From the NCBI GenBank assembly GCA_039794085.1, contig JBDIWC010000023.1:1-62610 (forward strand): a DNA stretch of 62,610 bases. The letters run 5' to 3'. Under the pieces are notes generated by a model. That model was not told where the DNA came from. It did no database searches and saw only the letters and a list, made by a program, of their open reading frames with translations. Shown in pieces: positions 42,131 to 52,151 of this stretch. The position numbers and the translations under genes are program-made. Within the stretch, counting starts at the first letter, position 1. Each line of letters starts with the position of its first letter. Source of the stretch: Gemmatimonadales bacterium (GTDB taxonomy: Bacteria; Gemmatimonadota; Gemmatimonadetes; Gemmatimonadales; GWC2-71-9).

Positions 42131-42724
42131 GCTGTGTGGAAGCTTCCTGCGTCATCAAGACGGATCCCCGTTTCTGCGGCGATGACGGGTGCCCGGAGAT
42201 TCCTGACGCCGCGAGATTTCGCGTCCGCGCTACTCCCCATTGCCGTAAAATGCTGGATGCCATAGCTTTAGATCATATGGCGATCCGGTCTGCACTTTTT
42301 GTCTCCCCCGCCCGCTGGCTCAGCGCCTTGGGGCGTCCCCTCGCCATGCTACTGGTACAGCTCTCCCTGCGAGAGCCAGACCACCGACGAATCCGGATTC
42401 CTCCCGTCCCTGGAAGGCTTCCTCCCCCGTCTGCACCCACATCCGATTCCGGGAACCTGTGCGATTCGCTCGCGATGGCCCGGCACTCTGGAGAGGGGGC
42501 CCGGAGCAGGAGGGAACGTTCGCGGGGCCGTTCGAACCGGAAGGCGCGCCCTCCCCTGCGCGGGCGGGCGAGCGTCGTCGATGGATCCGGCCTTCGCCTC
42601 TGGTCCGTTGTGGCCCCGCCTCGTCGCCGGAACCTGCCGGCGCCAGGACCCACGACATCACACTGTGTCGTACCCCAGTCCTCCCCGTCGTTGCGGGAAA
42701 ACATGGGGTGTGGAGATTCCCCGC

Positions 42725-44383
42725 GTGAAACGCGAAATTCTGATCAGTGGCGGCCCGAAAGAAACCCGGGTTGCCATTCTGGAGGACGATCGCCTGGTCG
42801 AGCTGATGGTCGACCGATCCGACCATCGCCGTATTGTCGGTGACATCTACCTCGGCAGGGTCGAGGCGGTCCTTCCCGGTCTCCAGGCGGCCTTTGTAGA
42901 CATCGGGCTCGAGAAGAGCGCCTTCCTCCACGCCTCCGACCTGCTCGAGCCCGAGGAGGATGAGGAACCGGCGGAGGGCGAGGAGGCCGAACCGGTTCCC
43001 GATACCGTCGCGATGGTGGAGGCGGAGGGTGCGGAGGTCCGGCCCAGCGGAAACCGTCGACGGGGGCGTCCCTCCGAGGGGGGCAAGTCTCCGGTGAGCG
43101 AACCACGGCAGCGCGAGGTCGGGCATCGCCGGGCGCTCCCCGACATCGGTGAACTCCTCAAGAAGGGGCAGATCCTTCCGGTTCAGGTGACCAAGGAGCC
43201 GATCAGCACCAAGGGGTGCCGGGTCACCGCTCAAATCTCCCTCCCCGGGCGTTTCCTCGTCTACATGCCGTACGCCTCCCGGGTGGGTGTGAGCCGGAAG
43301 ATCGAGAGCAGGGAACAGCGGGCCAAGCTCCGGGAACTCGTCACCCGCCTCCTGCCCGACAAGGCCGGAGGTGTGATCGTGCGGACCGTGGCCGAGGGGG
43401 TCACCGAGGACCATTTCCGCCGGGAAATCGAGTCGCTCGTGGGGCTCTGGCAAAAGGTGAAGCGAAAGCAGATGTACGTGAGGCGGGCGCCGGCGCTGCT
43501 CCACCGCGAAACCAGCCTGACCCGGGGCCTCATCCGGGACGTCTTCAGCGACAAAGTGGACAGCCTGTGGGTCGATACCAAGGAACTGCACCATGAGGTG
43601 GAGCAGTACCTGGAACAGGTCGACCCCGATCTGATGACCCGGGTGCATCTCCACGCCGAGCCGGATCCCCTCTTTGACCGCTGGGACATCGAGGCGGAAA
43701 TCAAGGCGCTCTTCCGCGCCCGGGTGGAGCTTCCGAACGGAGGCTCCCTGGTCATCCAACCGACCGAGGCCCTGGTGGCCATCGACGTGAACTCGGGTCG
43801 CTACACGGGTAAGAAGGATCCCGAAAAGACGATCCTGCGGACCAACCTCGAGGCGGCGCGGGAAATTGCCCGCCAACTCCGGCTCCGCGATCTCGGGGGG
43901 ATCATCGTCTGCGATTTCATCGACATGGAGAATCGGGGCAACCGGGAGCGGGTGCTCCAGGAGCTTCGGGGGCATCTGGGCCGCGATCGGGCCCGGACCA
44001 AGGCGCTGGCCGTGTCCGACCTGGGCCTGGTGGAGATGACCCGGCAGCGTATCCGACCGTCGCTGTACGCCTCGATGACGGAAGATTGTCCCACCTGCGC
44101 CGGGTCGGGGAGGGTCTTCACCCCCGAAGTGGTGGCCCGGCGCCTCGAGCGGTCCCTCCGCAGGGTCAGCCGGGAGCAGAAGGAACGGTCGCTTTTCGTC
44201 AGGCTTCACCCCGAGGTGGCCCTGTACCTCCTGGAGTCGGAACCGAAGTTCTGGCAGCAGGTCGCCCGGCAAACCGGCCTCACCGTGGACCTCCGGGACG
44301 ACCCCATGATGCACCTCGACGAGTTCCGGCTGATGAGCCGGCCCGCGGGGAGGGATGTGACCGACCTCTATGCGGTTGCGTAG
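42725..44383 (+). CDS. rng: Ribonuclease E/G family (RNase G-like)
   Basis: GDIYLG.V..VLPG.QAAFVDIG S1 domain, IDVNSG, RLRDLGGIIV.DFIDM and CPTC.G.G. Confidence 0.92.
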   Translation: MKREILISGGPKETRVAILEDDRLVELMVDRSDHRRIVGDIYLGRVEAVLPGLQAAFVDIGLEKSAFLHASDLLEPEEDEEPAEGEEAEPVPDTVAMVEAEGAEVRPSGNRRRGRPSEGGKSPVSEPRQREVGHRRALPDIGELLKKGQILPVQVTKEPISTKGCRVTAQISLPGRFLVYMPYASRVGVSRKIESREQRAKLRELVTRLLPDKAGGVIVRTVAEGVTEDHFRREIESLVGLWQKVKRKQMYVRRAPALLHRETSLTRGLIRDVFSDKVDSLWVDTKELHHEVEQYLEQVDPDLMTRVHLHAEPDPLFDRWDIEAEIKALFRARVELPNGGSLVIQPTEALVAIDVNSGRYTGKKDPEKTILRTNLEAAREIARQLRLRDLGGIIVCDFIDMENRGNRERVLQELRGHLGRDRARTKALAVSDLGLVEMTRQRIRPSLYASMTEDCPTCAGSGRVFTPEVVARRLERSLRRVSREQKERSLFVRLHPEVALYLLESEPKFWQQVARQTGLTVDLRDDPMMHLDEFRLMSRPAGRDVTDLYAVA

Positions 44384-44395
44384 TTTGGGGGGGGC

Positions 44396-44424
44396 TTGCT
44401 CCAAGCAGGAGTTCTGACTAGGTT
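44396..44424 (+). promoter_or_regulatory. Putative sigma70 promoter for rplU-rpmA
   Basis: TTGCTC-N17-TAGGTT; a near-identical TTGCCT-N17-TAGGTT occurs at 45199-45227. Confidence 0.4.
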
Positions 44425-44469
44425 TACGGGCTTGTTTCGCACCATACTCGGGACCGGGAAACACTGACC

Positions 44470-44784
44470 ATGTACGCGATCTTCAAGGCCCTCGGCAAGC
44501 AGTTCCGGGCCGAAAAGGGAAAAACGATCAGGATTCCGCTGATGGACGCGGAGCCCGGCACGTCCGTGACCTTCGATGAGGTGCTCCTCTCCTCGGATGG
44601 GTCCGACATCAAGGCCGGTACCCCCACGGTTCCGGGTGCCTCGGTGGAGGCCGAAGTCATCGGAACCTGGAAAGACAAGAAGATCTACGTTTTCAAGTTC
44701 AAGCGGCGGAAGAACTACCGCCGCAAGACGGGACACCGGCAGAAGTACACCGAGGTCCGCATCACCGACGTCAAGGCAGGGTAA
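44470..44784 (+). CDS. rplU: 50S ribosomal protein L21
   Basis: MYAI...GKQF and [18 protein letters not shown]. Confidence 0.97.
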   Translation: MYAIFKALGKQFRAEKGKTIRIPLMDAEPGTSVTFDEVLLSSDGSDIKAGTPTVPGASVEAEVIGTWKDKKIYVFKFKRRKNYRRKTGHRQKYTEVRITDVKAG

Positions 44785-44786
44785 CC

Positions 44787-45059
44787 ATGGCTCACAAAAA
44801 GGGCGTCGGCTCCAGCCGGAACGGGCGCAACAGCAACCCCCAATATCTCGGTGTCAAGCGCTTTGGCGGGGAGCAGGTGACCGCCGGCAGCATCCTGGTG
44901 CGCCAGCGGGGAACCAAGTTCCACCCCGGCAAGAACGTCCGCCGCGCCAACGACGACTGCCTCTTCGCCCTGGTCGACGGGGTGGTCAAATTCGAGCCGA
45001 AGGACAAGAACCGGAAGAAGATCTCGGTCTATCCGGTCGAGGTCGCGACCACGGCCTGA
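44787..45059 (+). CDS. rpmA: 50S ribosomal protein L27
   Basis: [14 protein letters not shown] and [15 protein letters not shown]. Confidence 0.98.
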   Translation: MAHKKGVGSSRNGRNSNPQYLGVKRFGGEQVTAGSILVRQRGTKFHPGKNVRRANDDCLFALVDGVVKFEPKDKNRKKISVYPVEVATTA

Positions 45060-45080
45060 TCGAGCGTCTCAAACAGGTCC

Positions 45081-45114
45081 AAGGGGCTCCTCCTTCGCGA
45101 GGGGCCCCTTTTTT
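45081..45114 (+). terminator. Rho-independent terminator
   Basis: AAGGGGCTCCTC-CTTCGC-GAGGGGCCCCTT hairpin followed by a T run. Confidence 0.8.
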
Positions 45115-45258
45115 CGTCTCTCCGCCTTCCCCCTGGATCGCCACGCTCCAGCGTGGCGTACTCCGGACTTCGGGGGAGAACCGGACTCCCCCCACCCCTT
45201 GCCTCCCTGGGGTCTCTATTGTAGGTTTCGATATGAAACGTTTATCGAGGAGGGTTCT

Positions 45259-45573
45259 GTGAGCACGTTCATCGACCGAATCGACCGGGGTATCGAACGA
45301 ATGGCCTACGGACTACGCGACGGGGTGGAGCGGGGCCGCCTGGGACTGGAGAAAACCAGGTTGCTGGGCGAACGAAAGCGAATCGCCGCGGAACTCGGCT
45401 TGCTCACGTGGCGCAAAGCCCGCGGGAAGGCAGACGCATCGGTCGAGGACCGCGAGGCACTCTGCCTCCAGTTGGACGACGTCAGTACCCGGCTCGACAA
45501 GGTGGAACGGGAACTCGCCACCCGCCGGGCCGAAGTCGTCGATGTCACAACGACCGAGGGGGACGCTCACTGA
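45259..45573 (+). CDS. Small coiled-coil hypothetical protein
   Basis: GAGGAGG RBS, GTG start, promoter-like sequence upstream, helical composition. Confidence 0.7.
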   Translation: MSTFIDRIDRGIERMAYGLRDGVERGRLGLEKTRLLGERKRIAAELGLLTWRKARGKADASVEDREALCLQLDDVSTRLDKVERELATRRAEVVDVTTTEGDAH

Positions 45574-45610
45574 AGGAGAGGGGGGCGCCTCCGGCCGAGT
45601 CGGGCCCGCC

Positions 45611-47287
45611 TCACCCCAAAGCTGCGCTGGCGTGGCGCGTGAGATCGCGCCAGAATCGAGGAGTCGTCTGCGCGGCGAGGACGAATTTCCGTTCTTGGAC
45701 CGACCCCTTGGCCCGGATCATCCGGACCAGCGAGCGGCGTTCCTCCGGCGTCCATCGCTCCAAGGGCAACAAGGCGCACACCGGGGCGAGGTCACCGGCT
45801 CCCCTCCGTTCTCCCTGAGACCATTCTGCCACATCGGAAACTCCGAGTCGCGCCAACGTTGCGGCTACCACCCGGCGGAGGGCCGCAGCGCGGGAACGGC
45901 CGTCCGCTTCCCGGCCGATCACACCAGCCGCCGCGAGGCTCCACCGGGCCAGGCATCGCTCATCCACACGCGGGTGGCGGCCGGAGCCGGGGAGTGCCAG
46001 CGTCAGATCTCCCTGCGCAAGTCTCCGCAGCGTGCTCCGATCGGTGCGGTGTCCCGGCTCCTGTTTCTGGCGGTCGCGTTCGCGAGTGGCCAGTAGGCGG
46101 AGATCGGGATCGGTCGCCTCGAAGCCGAGACGGTGATAGAACCAGTACGCCCCGCTCGCGATGGCTTCCGGGTTGCCGCGCCCGAACTGATAGGGGTTGA
46201 CGATGAAGCGCCGGACCCCGAAGAGTGTCGCGAACGCCCGGAGCGCAGCCCCGAAGATGGCGCCCGCCTCGCTCCGGCGGAACGCGGGGAAGATGTTGAC
46301 GCCGGTGTTGGCCTGATGGCCAAGGGGGGTCACTCCTCCATACCCGATCGGGACCCCGTTGGCCAGAAGCAGGTGTCCGTAGTTCGCTTCCAGTGCCATT
46401 CTGGCGTGAGGAAGAGCTCCGACGACGAGAAGGGACACCCCCTGGCCCAGGTCTGCAAGGTACACCTCGCCCGGGTTGGCCTCTGTGATCGCATGAACCT
46501 CCCGGCCCCGTGAGGCCAGGGCCACGCGGGCAACGTGAATTGCCTCCTCGGCCATCGTCGGATCGAGGAGGACGATGTCGCGGAGCGGCCTGGCCAGAGA
46601 CCGGGGCGGGGGAGTGGCCCGAAGGCCGGACCGGAAGGCCAGGGGCGCAAAGGGCAACCGAAGCCGCGTCGCCGAGGCCGGTGCCGGGAGCGTCCAAGCA
46701 ACGGCGGGTTCCGCCTCATCGAACACGGTGTCCCACTCCCGCGCCAGGGGGGCCCGGGAGGGACGCTGGGCCATCAGCCACGCGAGGATCCCGCCCGCCC
46801 GCCCGGCCATGGCCCTGCGGATCCAGGCCCGTGTCGTCAGTCCCGGGGCGTCGAAACCATCCTCTTCGGCGCGGAGAAGTGTGCGGGTCAGCAGCGGGGC
46901 GAGAGCGTCACCCGACCCGAGGGCGCCGGAGTCGAGGTCGAGGGAGCCAGGGTACCGGAGGGCGAGGATCCGGACCATGGTGGCAGACAAGACCCCCCGC
47001 GTGGTGCTTCCCGACATTCCCGAGTCGCCGAGGCGATCCCTCGCGGAAGCCTGGGGCATCCGGTCTTCCCACCGCGCGAGCGCTCTTTCCGCGGCCGACC
47101 GCACCTCGGCATTGTCGGGGAAGGCGGCAAGAAAGAGAAGGTCGTCGTGATATCGCGCAAGGGAACTGGGTGACCGGATGGGGCGGGATTCAAGCAGAGT
47201 GAGAAGTCGCAGCTTGTCCTTGGCAATGGTGGGGCCGTACTGATGCCGGAGGGAGTGGAGCGAGACGAGGGGAGTGGAACGCGCCAT
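45611..47287 (-). CDS. Hypothetical protein, possible GNAT-like C-terminal region
   Basis: 558-aa ORF filling the gap; NIFPAFR..EA and SGAYWFYHRLGF motifs. Confidence 0.7.
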   Translation of the reverse strand: MARSTPLVSLHSLRHQYGPTIAKDKLRLLTLLESRPIRSPSSLARYHDDLLFLAAFPDNAEVRSAAERALARWEDRMPQASARDRLGDSGMSGSTTRGVLSATMVRILALRYPGSLDLDSGALGSGDALAPLLTRTLLRAEEDGFDAPGLTTRAWIRRAMAGRAGGILAWLMAQRPSRAPLAREWDTVFDEAEPAVAWTLPAPASATRLRLPFAPLAFRSGLRATPPPRSLARPLRDIVLLDPTMAEEAIHVARVALASRGREVHAITEANPGEVYLADLGQGVSLLVVGALPHARMALEANYGHLLLANGVPIGYGGVTPLGHQANTGVNIFPAFRRSEAGAIFGAALRAFATLFGVRRFIVNPYQFGRGNPEAIASGAYWFYHRLGFEATDPDLRLLATRERDRQKQEPGHRTDRSTLRRLAQGDLTLALPGSGRHPRVDERCLARWSLAAAGVIGREADGRSRAAALRRVVAATLARLGVSDVAEWSQGERRGAGDLAPVCALLPLERWTPEERRSLVRMIRAKGSVQERKFVLAAQTTPRFWRDLTRHASAALG

Positions 47288-47324
47288 GTCACGGCATCCG
47301 GGGTGATCGGTGTCGGATCGCCGT

Positions 47325-47352
47325 CGTCATCCCCGGACATGCGGGGATGACG
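47325..47352. repeat. Perfect hairpin of the CGTCATCCC (dRS3-like) family
   Basis: CGTCATCCCCG-GACATG-CGGGGATGACG. Confidence 0.7.
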
Positions 47353-47367
47353 AGGCGGGTCCGTTCC

Positions 47368-48612
47368 TCAGTATTTGGGGGGGAGGGTGCGATACCGATC
47401 GAGAAGCTCGGTCTCCCGGGTGTGGAGTGACTGGTCCTGACCCCGGATGAAAACGTGCTCCGCCACGGTGGAGAACTCGAACGGGTCCCCGGACCAGATC
47501 ACCAGATTGGCGACCTTTCCCGTCTCCAGGGTTCCATACTGGCTCGCCACACCAAGGACGGTGGCGGGCGCGAGTGTGATCGCCCGCAACGCATCGTTCC
47601 AGGAGAGGCCGTTGCGCACGGCATTGCCCGCTCCAAAACGGAGATTCCGTTCCCCGCCGGAATCCTGGTGGGCAAGGAGTACCTCCACCCCCGCCTCCCG
47701 CAGCACCGTGGCGTTGTCGAGCCGGGCGCCGAGGCCATCGAAGGAGGGGATGTCTTCCATCGGGTTGAGCGCCACCGGAATCCCCGCCCGGGCCAGGTCC
47801 GGAGCCACCTTCCACGCCTCGGCCCCGCCTCGCAGGATCACCCGGAGGCGAAACTCCTCGGCGAGCCGGATGACGCTGCGGATGTCGGAGGCGCGGTTGG
47901 CCACCATCATCACGGGGAGCTCTCCCCGGAGCACCGGGAGGAGCGCCTCGAGGTCCGCGGGCGATGCCGCCAGCTCGCGCATCTGGGCTCGGCCGTAGTC
48001 CTGTCGGCGGGATTCGTACTCGCGCGCATCGGCAAAGATCTGGCGGAGACGGGCCAGCACCCCGGCCCGGGAGTTTCCGCCGGCTCCGCGAGCACTGCTG
48101 GAGAGATTGATCACCATGACCGCGGGGGACCGGATCACCATGTCCTCCATCCGGCTTCCGCTGAAGTTGGCGAGGACCGCCTGCCCGGCGATGAAGTTTC
48201 CATTGGGCACCAGCAGGCCGGTGGTCACGCCCCCGGTCCGGGTGATCGGGATGTCGACCGCATCGGGGTCGAGACCCTCACGCACATTGAAAGCGGCGGT
48301 GACGTCCCCCGATTGGGAGGTTTCCCCGTAGGCGCCGAGCCCGCGCACGCCGAGCCCGGCGTTGGCGGCGGTGTGAATCAGGCCGGGGGTGATCCACTTC
48401 CCGCTGGCATCGATCCGGGTGGCCCCCGCCGGGATGGCCACGGTGGCGCCGACCGCGGCGATGGTCCCATCGCGGAGCAGGACGGTCCCGTTCTCGATCC
48501 GGCTCCCGGTTCCAGTGAAGACCGTCCCGCCGGTGATGGCCACGGTCTGGGCTGCGGTGGGCATGGCCAGGGTCGCGACGAGTGCGCTGGTGATGACAAG
48601 GTGGCGGATCAT
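47368..48612 (-). CDS. Secreted amidohydrolase-family protein, metal ligands degenerate
   Basis: IDASGKWITPGLI and GTLE.GK.ANLVIWSGDP, but HTAAN in place of DxHxH; signal peptide. Confidence 0.85.
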   Translation of the reverse strand: MIRHLVITSALVATLAMPTAAQTVAITGGTVFTGTGSRIENGTVLLRDGTIAAVGATVAIPAGATRIDASGKWITPGLIHTAANAGLGVRGLGAYGETSQSGDVTAAFNVREGLDPDAVDIPITRTGGVTTGLLVPNGNFIAGQAVLANFSGSRMEDMVIRSPAVMVINLSSSARGAGGNSRAGVLARLRQIFADAREYESRRQDYGRAQMRELAASPADLEALLPVLRGELPVMMVANRASDIRSVIRLAEEFRLRVILRGGAEAWKVAPDLARAGIPVALNPMEDIPSFDGLGARLDNATVLREAGVEVLLAHQDSGGERNLRFGAGNAVRNGLSWNDALRAITLAPATVLGVASQYGTLETGKVANLVIWSGDPFEFSTVAEHVFIRGQDQSLHTRETELLDRYRTLPPKY

Positions 48613-50063
48613 CGGCCCACTCCCGGTGCGGTCTGTCCCAGGTTGAAATCGGTGTGGTACTGCCGTGAGGGATCGAGACGGTCAAAGACGAGCCACCCGT
48701 CGTTGAACACCTTTTCGGCCTTGGCATAGACGGAGAAGGGGTCCGCGGACCAGATCACCACGTCCGCGGCCTTGCCCGGCTCCAGGGTGCCGGTCACGCC
48801 GTCGATGCCGAGAGCCCAGGCCGGGTTCGCGGTGATCCAGCGCAAGGCCTGGTCCCGGGTCACGGTGATTCCGGCCCGGCGACCCGCGTGCATCGCCTTG
48901 GCGGCATCCTGGTTGAGACGCTGGATGCCGTCGGGGCTGTCCGAGTGGATGATCACCCGGGCACCGGCCTGCTGAACGAGGGCGGCGTTCTCGGTGATGT
49001 TGTCGTAGGCCTCCATCTTGAATCCCCCCCAATCGGACCAGACCGAGGCCGCCGTTCCCGCGGCGGCGAGCAGGTCGGCCACCTTGTAGGCTTCGATGCC
49101 GTGATGGAAGGAGCGGATGGTGAAGTTGAACTCCCGGGCCAGATCGAGCATCTGCGCCATCTCGTCGCCGCGATAACAATGGTTGTGGACGAGGATCTCA
49201 CCGCGCAGCACTCCGGCCAGGGTCTCGGATCGGAGGTTGCGGGTCGGCGGGTCCCCCTTCCGGTCGGCGAGCCACTTGTCCCACCGCATGCGGTAGGCCT
49301 CGGCGTCGATGAACGCGGCACGGTACCCCGCCATGCTTCCCATGCGCGTGGAGGGCCCGCGGTTCTGGTACACCCGCTTCGGATTTTCCCCGCACGCCAT
49401 CTTCACTCCGTAGGGGGCATCGGGGAACTTGAGTTCCTGCACCGTGCGCGCGGGAACCAGGCGAACCGTCACCGATCGGCCACCAATCAGATTGGCGGAT
49501 CCCGGGAGCACCTGAGCCACGGTGATGCCACCCGCGATGGCGAGGGGAATCTGGGGATCCTGGGGCCAGAACGAGTGCTCCGCCCACACCTCCGCCGTGT
49601 TGGGATTGGTGGCCTCGTTGCCGTCCTGCTCGGCGGCCGACCCCGGGGCCGCGTAGACACCGATGTGGCTGTGGGTGTCGATGAGGCCCGGCGTGACGAA
49701 CTTGCCGGTCCCGTCGATCACGATCGCCCCCGTGGGGGCATCGACGGAGGGGCCGAGGGCAACCACCTTTCCCTCCTGAAGCAGGATCGATCCGTTGGAG
49801 ATTTCCCGCCCTGTGGCGGTGAGGATGGTCGCGTTCCGGATCAGAACGGGGGGATTGGCCCGCCGGGTGTAGCTGCTCGGATACTGCGCCCTCTCGGCAC
49901 TCAAGGTGTCGGTAAACGGGGTAGCGGCCGCCGCCCGCGCCGGTGTGGGCCCTGCAGGTGGCGCCTGGGCGCCCGCCGCGCAGGCACCGAGGAGAAACAC
50001 TCCAGGAACAACGAGATGCAGTTTCACCAGAACATGCTCCAGGTTGAGGACGAATCCAGACAA
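48609..50063 (-). CDS. Secreted amidohydrolase-family protein (start uncertain)
   Basis: TPGLIDTHSH, KMACGENPK, HNHC, FHH, HSD and GTLEPGK.AD. Confidence 0.9.
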   Translation of the reverse strand: MSGFVLNLEHVLVKLHLVVPGVFLLGACAAGAQAPPAGPTPARAAAATPFTDTLSAERAQYPSSYTRRANPPVLIRNATILTATGREISNGSILLQEGKVVALGPSVDAPTGAIVIDGTGKFVTPGLIDTHSHIGVYAAPGSAAEQDGNEATNPNTAEVWAEHSFWPQDPQIPLAIAGGITVAQVLPGSANLIGGRSVTVRLVPARTVQELKFPDAPYGVKMACGENPKRVYQNRGPSTRMGSMAGYRAAFIDAEAYRMRWDKWLADRKGDPPTRNLRSETLAGVLRGEILVHNHCYRGDEMAQMLDLAREFNFTIRSFHHGIEAYKVADLLAAAGTAASVWSDWGGFKMEAYDNITENAALVQQAGARVIIHSDSPDGIQRLNQDAAKAMHAGRRAGITVTRDQALRWITANPAWALGIDGVTGTLEPGKAADVVIWSADPFSVYAKAEKVFNDGWLVFDRLDPSRQYHTDFNLGQTAPGVGR

Positions 50064-50066
50064 GGC

Positions 50067-52151
50067 CTAGGGAACCAGAACAAACTCAAAGGGCTGGCCG
50101 GCCAGCGCCACCTTCAGGATGCGGTGGGGCTGCGCCACCGATATCCAGAAGGTGAAGGGGGAAGGCCCGCCGGTGAGGTCGGCTCGAAATGCGTCAAAGG
50201 TGCCCGCCGGAATGGTGACAGCCTCGGTGCCTGTGACGCTGAGGGTGAGGGTCATTTCCGATTCCTGCCCCGCGTTGAACACCGGGAAGGTCCACCGCGC
50301 TCCCGCGGCCCAGGGAAGCGAAGGAAAGAAGGCGAGCAAGGTGTTGTCGTCGATGGCCGCCTCACTGACGGTGGTGTCCACGGTGACCGTCTTGAGTCCG
50401 GAGGCGGGGTCCATGGTGGTGGCACTTCCACGGGCACGGCCATTGGCGTAGGTCACATCCACCGCTGTGGGCTGACCCTGAACCTCGCCGGTTTGTGTGA
50501 CGGTGGTGGCGCGACCGGTCGCATCGAGCACGACCTCTGTTTGCTGGCTCAGGATGCCGGCTATGCTCATCCTGTCCCGGTACCGGAATCCGGTGTCGGA
50601 TCGCTCCAGGGTGATCCGCTGCCCTCCCAGGGGCATCCCCTGAATCAGGATCGCGAAGCTGTCAGATCGCGCGACCATCAGGGACAGGTCCACGGGAAGG
50701 CGGGTGGGCGGACCAAGGAGATCCTCCCGGGCGAGCGATTCTCCGGCCGGGGTGAGCATCCGGACGGGGCCAAACTGTTCCATCCTTTCGAGCAGGCGAG
50801 TGCCGTCTCCCACAACCACCACCAGCGACGCGTCGGGGGTGATGAGTCTCGTCGCCGCGCGTTGGAGCGAGGCGGCGTCCACGGCGGCCAGCCGGGTCCG
50901 GTAGGTGGAGAGGTAGTTGGGGGGGAGGCCGAGCAGGCGCGCGTTGAGCACGGCGCCCGCCACCTGATTGGCGGTCTCGATGCTGAGGGGGAACCGACCG
51001 ACCAGGGCACCCTTCGCGGCGTCCAGTTCTTCCTCGGTGACCCGTTCGGTGCGGAGACGGGCCAACTGGGCCAGCATCTCGCCAAGGGCCGAGTCGGTCA
51101 CCTCGGTACGCACTTCGGCGCTGGCCAGGAAGGTTCCCATGTTCCGCTGGCGGACGATGGAGGAGTAGGACCCGTAGGTCCACCCCTTTTCTTCCCGCAG
51201 GATCATGAAAAGGCGGGAGCCCGCGCCGCCTCCGAGCACCTGGTTGGCGATGGTTGCTGCGTAGGAGGCGGTGTCGGTGGGAGGGAACGTCAGGTTTCCG
51301 ATCAGAATGTTCGACTGCACGGACCCGGGACGGTGAACCAGGACGATCTCCCGCGCCGACCGTGTCGGGGGCGCCGGGAAGGCCGCCACGTCCGCCGGCG
51401 ATCCAGTCCATGTCCCCAGCGCCTCTCCCGCCAACTGACGGGCCTCCTCCAGGGTCAGCGCCCCCGCGATGACCAGCAGGCTCCCTTCCGGACGCACGCG
51501 ATCGCGGTGAAAGGAGACCAGGTCGTCCCGGGTGATGGCCTGTACCGTGCCGGCCGTCGGCGCGCGACCGAACGGGTGATCACCGTACAGGGCACGGTTG
51601 AACTGACGTTGGGCGATGGACGCCGGTTGCGACAACTCCAGTTGCAGACTGGACAGCGTCTGGGTGCGGAGCAGTTCCAGTTCCTCCGCCGGGAAGTCCG
51701 GAACGGTCAGGGCGGCACCGAGGAGCTCGAATGCCAGCCGAGCGTCCGGTGCGAGGACGTCGGCGCGGAGGGTGAGGGTTTCGTTGTCCGCGCCGGCCCC
51801 GATGCTCCCGCCCACTCGCTCGATGGCCTCCGCGACCTGTTCGGCGGAGCGGCCCCCCGCTCCCTTGGTCAGGAGACCGGCCACCAGGGCTGCGGTGCCC
51901 TCCTTCCCGGCGGGGTCGAACGCGGTGCCGGCCGGGATGGCCAGGGAGATGGACACCACCGGCTGTCTGTGGTTCTCCACCAGCAGAAGCGTGAGTCCGT
52001 TGGGGAGTCGCTCCTCCTGGAAGGGGGGGAAGACGGCTGGCCGGATCGGACCGGCCGGCGGAGGAGAGGTCGGGTATCCCTGGGCGGCCAGCGAGGCTTC
52101 CGGGGCGCCGAGCAGGATCGCCGCAAGGAGGGGAAGTGATCGACGGTTCAT
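50067..52151 (-). CDS. M16 peptidase non-catalytic subunit with C-terminal beta-rich extension
   Basis: LPNGL, no HxxEH, SRLF..LREEKGWTY motif; extra domain with TIPAGTFDA; signal peptide. Confidence 0.85.
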   Translation of the reverse strand: MNRRSLPLLAAILLGAPEASLAAQGYPTSPPPAGPIRPAVFPPFQEERLPNGLTLLLVENHRQPVVSISLAIPAGTAFDPAGKEGTAALVAGLLTKGAGGRSAEQVAEAIERVGGSIGAGADNETLTLRADVLAPDARLAFELLGAALTVPDFPAEELELLRTQTLSSLQLELSQPASIAQRQFNRALYGDHPFGRAPTAGTVQAITRDDLVSFHRDRVRPEGSLLVIAGALTLEEARQLAGEALGTWTGSPADVAAFPAPPTRSAREIVLVHRPGSVQSNILIGNLTFPPTDTASYAATIANQVLGGGAGSRLFMILREEKGWTYGSYSSIVRQRNMGTFLASAEVRTEVTDSALGEMLAQLARLRTERVTEEELDAAKGALVGRFPLSIETANQVAGAVLNARLLGLPPNYLSTYRTRLAAVDAASLQRAATRLITPDASLVVVVGDGTRLLERMEQFGPVRMLTPAGESLAREDLLGPPTRLPVDLSLMVARSDSFAILIQGMPLGGQRITLERSDTGFRYRDRMSIAGILSQQTEVVLDATGRATTVTQTGEVQGQPTAVDVTYANGRARGSATTMDPASGLKTVTVDTTVSEAAIDDNTLLAFFPSLPWAAGARWTFPVFNAGQESEMTLTLSVTGTEAVTIPAGTFDAFRADLTGGPSPFTFWISVAQPHRILKVALAGQPFEFVLVP

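Noticed and set aside
41989..42843. 284-aa ORF upstream of rng
   Set aside because: Low-complexity Arg/Pro/Ser composition, overlaps rng out of frame, and spans regulatory and repeat motifs.
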